Shown piece after piece: positions 46,801 through 56,144 of a DNA stretch of 64,000 bases. Location: positions 1-64,000 of the forward strand of contig NW_013657634.1 of assembly GCF_000142905.1 (NCBI RefSeq), in the 5' to 3' direction. The translations under genes were made by a program, and so were the position numbers. Under the pieces are notes generated by a model, which searched no databases, was not told the DNA's origin, and was given only the letters and a program-made list of their open reading frames with translations. The stretch's first letter is position 1. Each line of letters opens with the position of its first letter. The stretch is from Thecamonas trahens ATCC 50062. Lineage: Eukaryota > Protista > Apusomonadida.

Positions 46801-48541
46801 CTGGGACGCCCTCGTACCGGTTCTCGACTCGCGGCTCGGCCGTGGCCAGGTTGTTGTGGCCAAGCCCGAGGCCGTCCGCTCAGGCTCGCTCCGCCGGCGA
46901 ACGATCGTCACGTCGACTGCGCACTCGCTCGAGGAGCTGACCTCGTCGCTTCGGGGCATGCCGGCCGACGAGTCTGAAGCAGCTAACAGCGCACCGCAGG
47001 TCGCCGGCGGCCTCCTTGCGCTGGACGTGACGCTCGTGGCGCAGCAGCTGTGTCTCTTGCATCAGGTCCTCTTTCAGGCCGTCATGCCAACCGAGTGCTA
47101 CAACTCGGCATGGAGCAAGGACGACGGCGCCGGCGCGCCCAACGTCAAGCGCCTCTCGTCTCAGTTCAACACGCTCGCTGGCTGGGTCGCCACCATGGTC
47201 GTCGCCGAGCTTGACTTCCACCGGCGAGTCGAGCTGGTCACCAAGCTCATTGACCTCGCCGAGCTTCTTGTCCGCTACCGCGACTATCACGGTGCTATGG
47301 CCGTCATTTCCGGCCTTGCCATGACCGGCGTGCAGCGGCTTGAGGCCACATGGACCGCTGTCGACGACGACCACTTGCGAGTCCTCAACCGCCTCAAGCA
47401 GACCGTCTCGGGCCGCGGCCAGTTCAAGGCCATTCGCAACATCCTTGCCCGTACCGAGGAGCCGTGCGTCCCGTACATCGGCATGTACCTCACCGACATC
47501 ACCTTTTTCTGCGACGGCAATCCGGACCGTCACGGCTTTATCAATGTCTTCAAGTGGGAGTCGGTGGCCAACGTCGTCAAGCAGATTCTCCGCTTCCAGC
47601 AGCAGGTCTATCCGTTTGCGCCCAACGCCGCAGTCCTCACCTGGATCTGTGCGGGACGGCCCATCGACGCCGACGCCATCATCCAACTCTCGCTCCTTGC
47701 AGAAAAACCGGTCGAGGGTGCTACCATCCGCGCCGTCCACAAGAACCCGCCTCTGGCTACCGTCGAGGAAAACAGCGCGCTCAAGAGTATTGTCACCAAG
47801 CTCTCGCTCTACACCGAGTCACTTCTTTCCAAGCTCGGCCGCTCCGCCCCGGATCCGGCTATCACCGAGCTCCTCACCGCCGCCGCTATCATTCTCGACG
47901 ATCCGTACTCGATCCCACTTAATGACAGCGGGCTTGACACCCTGCGCGACTCGTCCACCACCACCACCACCGACCGCGGCATCACCGACGGCGACATTTC
48001 GTCATCGGACGACGACGAGCCGAGTGACGACGTCTCCTCCGAATCGGGCCACATTGACGACGAGCTCGCCAAGCGCGATGCTCAGGACGAGGACGAGGAT
48101 GGAAGCGAAGCAAAGCCGGAGGCAGAGCCAAAGGCTGGAACTTCGTTTGACGAGTGCTCAACTATCAACGCGGGCAAGGACACGGCTGATACACTCCCTA
48201 TGCCGTCGGATGCCACCAACGGGACCCGGACCAAGTCCAAGAGAACCAAGTCGGCAAGAACCGCAAGTACGTGCACATCGTGCACATCATGCACATCATG
48301 CACATCATGCACATCCCGCGGCTCTGGTTCCGGCTACTCGTACAGCTCGACCTCTGGCTCCAGCTCCGGGAGCAGGAACGCCAAGTCGAGCAAAGGCTCA
48401 GATGCTGCGCCAAATGATGGCTCTGCCTCGGACCAAGCTGCTCCTGTCCCTGCCGCCAAAGACGACGACGCTCCTGCCCGCTCTACCCCTGCAAGCGACG
48501 TTACTGGCTACGCCAACATCTCTAACTCGTCGTCCGAGTAA
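43825..48541 (+). CDS. multidomain Ras guanine-nucleotide exchange factor: PH - CH - Ras-like GTPase - REM - CDC25 (exons 43825-43848, 44615-48541)
   Basis: PH: LEGVLFKVG..RNWRKRVFVL..ERWM. CH: DDFCDGVILLHVME..KLDNLRTAL. Ras: GKSSL, YDPTLED, DTSG, HKVD, EASA. CDC25: VAQQLCL, FNTLAGWV, RLEATW, PCVPYIGMYLTDITF..DGN. A phase-0 GTACGT..TAG intron (43849-44614) gives MSSQQSVQ|TLRKG. Confidence 0.9.
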
Positions 48542-48867
48542 AATCACATCCATACCAACAAACCTGCGCCCTGCACCCAATCCGATCCCCTTACTCCCAT
48601 CCCCCCCCCCANNNNNNNNNNNNNNNNNNNNNNNNNNNNNNNNNNNNNNNNNNNNNNNNNNNNNNNNNNNNNNNNNNNNNNNNNNNNNNNNNNNNNNNNN
48701 NNNNNNNNNNNNNNNNNNNNNNNNNNNNNNNNNNNNNNNNNNNNNNNNNNNNNNNNNNNNNNNNNNNNNNNNNNNNNNNNNNNNNNNTTGGTCCACCCTC
48801 CCCCCCCCCATCTCCATCTGCACCTGTCCCCTCCTCCACCACCTGTGAGGTCAGTGTTCGACAGAGA

Positions 48868-50031
48868 ATGGCCGAGACCGGAGCATACCACCATCATCAC
48901 CACCACACACACAAACATGACACACAACCACACCCGTCTACCTCTACCTCTACCTCTATAACAAGCACTGTCATCGATTCTGGAGAAGTATCATCTCCAT
49001 CTCCATCTCCATCTCCATCTCCATCGCCACCACCATCGTTGTCTCCTCCGCCACCACCACCACCACCTCCTCCGCCTCCTCCTCAGCCTCCTCAGCCTCC
49101 TTTGCAATCGTGTGAGGCATTGTCATCGCCATCGTCATCGCCATCGTCGATGGCTTCGTCGTCACCGGCTTCGTCGTCACCCGGCTCGAGCTCGACTCGT
49201 CAGCATGGCCAGCATCAACTGGGAATCGCTGGTGGTCTGCCATGGTGGGGGTTCATCAGGTGGAACCAGGTGATGACCTCAGTTACAGTCATGTTTGCTA
49301 CGGCGGCTGTCTACTTCTTCATCAAGACTGCCGTCACACGTCCCATGGAACTGCAGGGTCAACAAGCTGATTTCGAACGGGCAATTGAAGCTCGACTCGT
49401 CGCCATGGAGAACGATCATCACCTCGCTCTGCAGAACATCGAGTCGAACATGAAGCTCGAGATCACAAATGCTCGTACGGACCTCGCAAGCACTGTCCGA
49501 TCTATGTTCTCTGCAGAAATTGACCGGTTGCTTGATGAGTACCACCGCCTCGACAAGGAGGTCATGTCCGTCCGATCCAAGTTCGAGTTCTTCTCCCGCG
49601 CCGCCGTCCCCGGCGAGCATCCCCACCTTCTTGGAGCCGGGAACAGTGATCATGGTGATCGCTCGCATCCGCCTCCGGGCCGGCGCCATCCTCCGCCGCA
49701 CCCCTCGTTCCACAAGTCTGACTCGCTGGAGCCGACGCCGGCCCCACCGCCACCATCGCCGCCGCCACCTTCGCCCGAGTCGCTTCTGCTGCACACGCTC
49801 AACGCCAGGATCTCGGCTCTGACAGACGCCCTCTTGACTCAACTACCTCACCCGCCATCCGACAGCTCTCCATCCCCGATCCCGGCTAATCCTCCTCCAC
49901 CTGCCTCAGTTCCTCCCACTCCCGCTCCCGATCCCACATCGTCGTCTTCTGCCGAGTCCGCTCCTGATACTCGCACACCCCCTCCCGAGTCAACGCCACA
50001 CATCAATGAGAATCCAGAACACGAGCTGTAG
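48868..50031 (+). CDS. hypothetical Pro-rich protein with one predicted TM helix and a coiled coil
   Basis: VMTSVTVMFATAAVYFFI hydrophobic segment followed by a heptad region; His/Pro/Ser repeats. Confidence 0.6.
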   Translation: MAETGAYHHHHHHTHKHDTQPHPSTSTSTSITSTVIDSGEVSSPSPSPSPSPSPPPSLSPPPPPPPPPPPPPQPPQPPLQSCEALSSPSSSPSSMASSSPASSSPGSSSTRQHGQHQLGIAGGLPWWGFIRWNQVMTSVTVMFATAAVYFFIKTAVTRPMELQGQQADFERAIEARLVAMENDHHLALQNIESNMKLEITNARTDLASTVRSMFSAEIDRLLDEYHRLDKEVMSVRSKFEFFSRAAVPGEHPHLLGAGNSDHGDRSHPPPGRRHPPPHPSFHKSDSLEPTPAPPPPSPPPPSPESLLLHTLNARISALTDALLTQLPHPPSDSSPSPIPANPPPPASVPPTPAPDPTSSSSAESAPDTRTPPPESTPHINENPEHEL

Positions 50032-50348
50032 CATAAATCCAAGTTATCACAGCGAGAAGTCTAGCTCAATGCCAAAACCCCACCGTAATTAGAGGATTGA
50101 GTGCGGCTGTTGCTGCGTACGTGACGCGCGATCTCTCATTTTTCTGACGTTGAGGACGTGTCCCTCTCGTACGATGCGCAATGCAATACATACAACATTA
50201 GTTTGCTCCTATACACATCAGAGCGTCTTCCACAACTACTAAGTTATGCGAATAGCGCAGATGTATGAGAAGGAAATGTGTGCAGTGGATATGGAGGATT
50301 GAACAACGGCGTGTGGTGATGAAGTGACTACGTGGAGACCCTTGTTAA

Positions 50349-53300
50349 CTACGTCGATGAAGTGTACGAGTAGGCCGAGCCATCGTCATCGTCGGGCCCG
50401 GGCGCGGGGTCATCGTTGCAGGTCGTGGTGTGGGCGTACTCGTACTCGTCGGAGAAGCATCTGTCCGAGTCTCTGCCAAAGAGCGAGAAGCCCGACTCTG
50501 AGACGATCCACTCGTGGTGAAGCAGGTCCTCGGCCTCTGGGCGCTGCTCGAGAACCTGAAAGCACTCGGCGAGAAAGCGGCGGCCTGCGGCGGACATGTA
50601 GGGCGGGATGACGGGGCCTTCCGAGTTTGGGGAGCCGATCTTGAAGAGGGCGGTGAGCGGCGAGTACGAGGCCCAGGGTGGCTTACCAGTGATCATCTGA
50701 ATGACAGTGCAGCCGAGTGACCAGATGTCTGCGCGGGTGGTGATAGCCTGCTGGCGGACGACTTCGGGCGACATAAAGTGCGGGGTACCGACGAGCGACT
50801 TGCAGTCTGACGAGTCCGAGGCCAGCTCGGTGAGCGAGCGTGAGGCACCAAAGTCTGAGAGCTTGAGAGTGACTTGCGGCTCCATGCAGACGAGGATGTT
50901 TGCGCCCTTGACGTCGCGGTGAACAATGCCCTCGGCGTGGAGGTAGCGCAGGCCTTCGAGGATCTGGCGGGTGTAGAGGCGGACGACGTTTTCCTCGAGC
51001 GAGCCGCCGGCTTTGCGCAGGAGCTGGACGAGCGAGCCGCCGGGCACGTACTCCATGAGGATGCAGAGCTGAACGTCGTTGGACGGCTCGGTACGCAGGT
51101 CGGCGCCGATGTATTGGACAATGTGCTTGTGGGAGAGCTGGCGGAGCATGTCGATCTCCTTTTGGACGGCGCCGAGGTTGCGTGCGGTCTGCTCCTGCGA
51201 GCCTTCGACAAGCATTTGCTTGACAGCCATGAGCGAGCCGTCGCGAGCGTTAACGCCGAGAATGACCTTGCCAAAGGCGCCCTTGCCCAGCAAGCGACCG
51301 GGGGTCCAAACAAGCTCGTCGCCTACGGGAGCCTTGCCGTCCTGGACGGCAGAGCGGCCGCGTGAGTCGCGCGACGACGACCGCGACTTGCCTGCCCAGA
51401 GCGAGAGGTCTGAGGTCGAGGCCGAGCGGCGCTCCAGGCGGTGTGCAGCCGAGAAGCGGCGGTGGAGGTCACCGGGACCCGAGCCGGCCGAGCCGGAGCC
51501 AGAGCCGACGAGCTGGCCGCGCGAGACCGAGCGCTTCATGTTGGAGAGGCGGACGGCGGCAGGCTGCTGCTGCTGCGAGGTTGTGGCGTCGAGCGGGAGG
51601 TAGATCTTGAACGAAGTGAGGGACGGGTTGGCTTGGGCTTGCAAGTCGTACTCATGGAAAGCCTCCTGCAGGTCTGATGAGGAGCGGACGGTGATCATGT
51701 CGCCCTCGGCGTCCTTGAACTTGAACTCTTGAATGACGGTGGCGTACTCTGCACCGAGTTTGGCGAAGAGCTCAGCGAGCTGGACGGTGCGGGCGACAGT
51801 AAGGAGCTTGCGGTCTTGGCCGCGGACAACCTTAAGGCGGATGTGCGGGAGGTAGGCGAGCTGGGCCGGGTCTGGAAGCTGCGGCGAGCCGATGAAAAGG
51901 CGCGAAGTGCCAGACGGCGAGCGGGAGCGCGAGACCGAAGAGACAGTAGATGGCGTAGATGGCGGCGAGGGGTAGGCTGGCTTGGACGCGACGGTGGCGA
52001 TGAGGGGTGAGGCTTGCGGAGCTGGGCCCGACGGCGAGGTGAGCCAGGCTGGGCGGACCGGATCCGACTGCGTCCGCTCGCGCCGGGCGCGAAGCCGGGT
52101 TGGAGCGGGTGAGGCGGCGGAGGGCGGTGACGAGCCGAGGAGCGCAGCGGCTGACGAGCCTGTGCGTGCCGAGGCCTGCGGGGTGGTTGGAAGAGAGGCC
52201 GAGCCCGAGGCATTGGAGGCAGCAACGGCAAGGGCGCGGGCTGGAGAGAGCGGCGACGGCATGCGGACGCGCTGTTGGTGCGGCTGGCGAACAAAGACAC
52301 GGTCGCCACGAACCAGTGGCGAGCCGAGGCGGGCCTTGAGCTCGCGGGCTGTGCGGATTTCCAGCTCCATGAGGTGACGGAGCGACTCTGCGTCGGCCTC
52401 TGACATGGCAGAGACCGGCAGAATGTCGTCGGCAGGCTTGGCTTCGGCGGGCGGCGGCGGCAGAGCCTGAGAAGAACTGGCTGTCGGACTTCGATCTCTG
52501 TCACGGCGAGTCTGGCCGGCAGCGACGGCAGCATCGTCTTCATCATCATCGGTAAAGCACGGCTCGGAAAAGGCGTGGACGAGGGTGTCAGGTGCCTCAG
52601 AAGGCGGAGGCGGTTGCGGGGAGGCGGCTGTGGGCGAGAGATTGTCAACGCCTGCCGAAAGGGCACGTCGGTGACGGGGAGAGTCGTCGTTTGCGGCGTC
52701 GCCGGAGGCAGAACCCGACTCGACGATGACGGTGAGGTCCGTCATTGACGACGGCGATGAGGCCAGGGACCGCAAGCGGCCTGGAAGTCTTGGCGGCGAA
52801 GCGATGCGAGCCTGCAGCTCACGCGAGTCCGAATGTAGTTCTTCAGAGGAGCGGAGGAGGGCGCGCGGGGCAAGAGAGAGGCGCGGTGGCGTGGTCATGG
52901 CAGCAAGCGACGAGGCGACCGACGAAGTCGACCTGTTGAGCGCTGAGGCGTCGGTGGCGAGCGAGTCGGCCTTGCTGCGTGCACGAAATTCTTCTGCGTT
53001 GGAGAGCGTGTTGCGGCGATGGAGTGAGAAGCGGAACTTGCGCGGGAGGGTCTTGGATGCTGAGCGGGCCGAGGGCGAGGCCGGCAGCGGCGGGGCGGGC
53101 TCCCTGTGGAGGTCGACGTCTGCGCGCGGCGGGACACGGCGCGGCGGGAGGGAGGGTAGGCTCGGCGAGACCGGGGACGGTGGCGGCGGAGTGGGAGGGG
53201 CGGCGAGCTGGCGGCGGCGCATGCCAAGCTTGTTTGCGGCAGCGGCGGCGTCGGCGGCGACTGCCTTGACCCTGATGTAGTCCATGGTCTGGTCGACAAG

Positions 53301-54650
53301 CATGGCACCGATGACCGGATCGTTCATCTCCTCCTGGGTGATGCCCATAGAGTTGTAGAACTTGCGCCACTCGGGGTGGCGGAGGATCCATTCTGGCGCA
53401 GTGCCGCGGCCGTACTTGCCGCCCGCAGCCGAGGTCGAAGGGGCTGAGAGGGAGGCGGCAGCGGCTGCACGGCGGCGGCTCCAGCGCGAGCGGTCAAAGA
53501 CGAGGGCGTGGAGGGCTTCCGAGTCGCGCGAGGCTGGAAAGAGCTCTTCCAGCGGCGATGGAGCAAGCATGGAGGCCATGGAGAACGAGTCCTCGGCGGC
53601 GACGGTGACCGAGCCGGATTGGGAGCGGGCGAGGTGCGGGAGCGGCGAGTCGGGACCGGCGAGCGAGAGCGTCAGCGCTCCAGCAGGCGAGTCGGGGAGG
53701 ACTAGCGGCGGGGTGGGCGGGAGCAGGGGCGAGTGTGGCTGCTCGAGGGCAAGGTTGGGCGGCGGCGAGGGCGGCGGCGGGGCGAATGCGGTGTCTGCCA
53801 GGTTTGCGAGGAGGGCGAGCCATGTGCGGGCGTCGTCGGTGTGTGCAAAGAGCAGGCCGTAGACCGGCGAGGAGCCAAGCGGGTCGTAGACGTGAAAGTC
53901 CTGGCCAAACGACGAGTACTCGAAGGGAGCCTCGAGCTCGATGTCAAAGAGGATGACCGGGCCAAGCTGGGCCATCCGCTCCGAGGTCTGCTGCTTGAAG
54001 CCGTGCAGGTGGCCGTAGGAGGCGTTTTCGGAAGCGCGGACGCGCTCGTAAAAGTGGCGACGAAGGTTGACAAGCACAAACTTGTACGCACCCTCTGCGC
54101 CGGGTTCATCCATTGGTGACGAGAGCGACGAGCTTGAGCTTGATGTTGCCGACGCTGACGAGCCGGAGTCCGAGTATGATGATGAAGACGACGATGAGTC
54201 GTCGTCATCGTCGTCAACCGCATCGGCCGACTTGCGCCTTGTCTTGCGCCTTCTTCTTAACGAGTGCCGTGACGAGCTGCTCCCCGCGACAAGACCATTT
54301 TCCTCGCCGAGTTGTGACGCATGCGATGTGCGAGAGTGGGCGGCAGGAGGGAGACGAGCCGACGAGGCTAACAACGAGGATGTTGGCTGAGACGGAGTTT
54401 GTGTCTTGATACCAGGAATGCGTACGATGACGAGTACACCCGACATACCTGTGGGAGCCCAGTCGTAGTCCCTTCCAGCAGGCGAGTCTGATGGCGGACA
54501 TGCGTAGAGCTTGACCTTGGCCATGGCACGGCAGGTGGTCAACGAGGTAGCGCCCACAGGCGGTGGGTATGCAGCGCGGACCTGTGCCTCCACCCAATCA
54601 GCTTGAGGTGAAGGGAGGCAAGTCCGCGCCATGCCCATGTTAATGGTCAT
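50349..54650 (-). CDS. STE11/MEKK-type MAP3K with N-terminal WH1(EVH1)-like and WASP GBD-like regions, Pro-rich linker and PB1 domain
   Basis: Kinase: LLGKGAFGKV, MAVKQ, MEYVPGGSL, HRDVKGANIL, DFG, GTPHFMSPE, DIWSLGCT. PB1: IRLKVV...FKDAEGDMITVRSSSDL. Likely ATG at 54650. Confidence 0.92.
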   Translation of the reverse strand: MTINMGMARTCLPSPQADWVEAQVRAAYPPPVGATSLTTCRAMAKVKLYACPPSDSPAGRDYDWAPTGMSGVLVIVRIPGIKTQTPSQPTSSLLASSARLPPAAHSRTSHASQLGEENGLVAGSSSSRHSLRRRRKTRRKSADAVDDDDDDSSSSSSSYSDSGSSASATSSSSSSLSSPMDEPGAEGAYKFVLVNLRRHFYERVRASENASYGHLHGFKQQTSERMAQLGPVILFDIELEAPFEYSSFGQDFHVYDPLGSSPVYGLLFAHTDDARTWLALLANLADTAFAPPPPSPPPNLALEQPHSPLLPPTPPLVLPDSPAGALTLSLAGPDSPLPHLARSQSGSVTVAAEDSFSMASMLAPSPLEELFPASRDSEALHALVFDRSRWSRRRAAAAASLSAPSTSAAGGKYGRGTAPEWILRHPEWRKFYNSMGITQEEMNDPVIGAMLVDQTMDYIRVKAVAADAAAAANKLGMRRRQLAAPPTPPPPSPVSPSLPSLPPRRVPPRADVDLHREPAPPLPASPSARSASKTLPRKFRFSLHRRNTLSNAEEFRARSKADSLATDASALNRSTSSVASSLAAMTTPPRLSLAPRALLRSSEELHSDSRELQARIASPPRLPGRLRSLASSPSSMTDLTVIVESGSASGDAANDDSPRHRRALSAGVDNLSPTAASPQPPPPSEAPDTLVHAFSEPCFTDDDEDDAAVAAGQTRRDRDRSPTASSSQALPPPPAEAKPADDILPVSAMSEADAESLRHLMELEIRTARELKARLGSPLVRGDRVFVRQPHQQRVRMPSPLSPARALAVAASNASGSASLPTTPQASARTGSSAAALLGSSPPSAASPAPTRLRARRERTQSDPVRPAWLTSPSGPAPQASPLIATVASKPAYPSPPSTPSTVSSVSRSRSPSGTSRLFIGSPQLPDPAQLAYLPHIRLKVVRGQDRKLLTVARTVQLAELFAKLGAEYATVIQEFKFKDAEGDMITVRSSSDLQEAFHEYDLQAQANPSLTSFKIYLPLDATTSQQQQPAAVRLSNMKRSVSRGQLVGSGSGSAGSGPGDLHRRFSAAHRLERRSASTSDLSLWAGKSRSSSRDSRGRSAVQDGKAPVGDELVWTPGRLLGKGAFGKVILGVNARDGSLMAVKQMLVEGSQEQTARNLGAVQKEIDMLRQLSHKHIVQYIGADLRTEPSNDVQLCILMEYVPGGSLVQLLRKAGGSLEENVVRLYTRQILEGLRYLHAEGIVHRDVKGANILVCMEPQVTLKLSDFGASRSLTELASDSSDCKSLVGTPHFMSPEVVRQQAITTRADIWSLGCTVIQMITGKPPWASYSPLTALFKIGSPNSEGPVIPPYMSAAGRRFLAECFQVLEQRPEAEDLLHHEWIVSESGFSLFGRDSDRCFSDEYEYAHTTTCNDDPAPGPDDDDGSAYSYTSST

Positions 54651-54789
54651 GGCGGAGGGTATGTTGTGGGAGGGTGTGGGGGGGGGCGGGGGGAGGAGTG
54701 TGTGGAAGAGGAGAGGGAGCGGGGGGGGGAGGGGGGAGGGGGAGGGTGGGGCGCGGCGGAATGCGGGCCGAACAGATGTTGGCAACGAT

Positions 54790-55440
54790 GATAATTGACG
54801 GGAATGGGGGGGGATTAATGGAGTGGGGAGGGGGGGAGGGAGGGTATGATTAATTGATGGGGGTATTGATTGATGAGGGGGAGGAGTGGGGGGGAGGGAG
54901 GGTATGATTAATCAAGTGGGGTATTGATTGATGAGGGGGAGGAGGTGGGGGGGGGAGGTATGATTAATTGAGTGGGGGTATTGATTGATNNNNNNNNNNN
55001 NNNNNNNNNNNNNNNNNNNNNNNNNNNNNNNNNNNNNNNNNNNNNNNNNNNNNNNNNNNNNNNNNNNNNNNNNNNNNNNNNNNNNNNNNNNNNNNNNNNN
55101 NNNNNNNNNNNNNNNNNNNNNNNNNNNNNNNNNNNNNNNNNNNNNNNNNNNNNNNNNNNNNNNNNNNNNNNNNNNNNNNNNNNNNNNNNNNNNNNNNNNN
55201 NNNNNNNNNNNNNNNNNNNNNNNNNNNNNNNNNNNNNNNNNNNNNNNNNNTATGATTAATCAATGGGGGGTATTGATTGATGGGGAGGGGAGGAGTGGGG
55301 GGGGGAGGGAGGGTATGATTAATTGATGGGGGTATTGATTGATGAGGGGAGGAGTGGGGGGAGGGAGGGTATGATTAATTGATGGGGGTATTGATTGATG
55401 GGGAGGGGATGAGTGTGATTAATCAATGGTGCCATTGATT
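54790..55440. repeat. ~57-60-bp G-rich minisatellite (GGGTATGATTAATTGATGGGGGTATTGATTGATGAGGGGGAGGAGTGGGGG...) spanning a gap
   Basis: At least 3 copies on each side of the N run. Confidence 0.9.
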
Positions 55441-56144
55441 ATGACCTACGTCGTTGCATTCGTCTCGCGCTGATCAGGTACGAGAGCTATAGCAAGTGCC
55501 GAGGGGGAGGGGGGGTGGCCGACTGCGAGGTGTTTTGAGATGTTTAGGAGAGTGACGCAAGTTGTTTTTGGTCTCAAGATAGAAGACACAATTACCTATA
55601 TAGTCATGTCCTTCAAAGTCACCAACATGTACTTGTCCCTTCTCTACCGCCTCGACCATCCCCTTCACCTGGGGCGGTATCGTCGGTTGTCGATGGTCTT
55701 TTTTTCATGCGAATGACCAAATGACCCGCCCAACGCAGGCACCTCCCCAGGCCCTCCTTCCCCACTCCTACCTAGGCCGCATGTCAGCCTGTTCCTCCCC
55801 CCCACTCCCCCTACACAACCGCATGTCTATCACTTCCATCTTTGCTGCTTGGTCCCTTGTCGAGGGTTGCGCAATGGCGTGTCCTCGGAGCCGGGCCGTG
55901 GTGGTGGCGGGGCATAGAAGGGGGGGGGGCAAGTAGTCGCACGCGCGCTGACGATTGCGCTGTCCGTAGCGCTGACGATAGCGTCGACTTTTTGGTGGCG
56001 GGCCATGGATTTGTGCAGGATGATGGTGGATGATGGTGTGAGACTCATGATGTGGTGGTGGTGGCGGTGGTGGTGGTGGTGGTGGTGGTGGTGGTGGTGG
56101 TGGTGGTGGTCGATCTCGGGTTACAGAGCAGATACAGAGCGACT

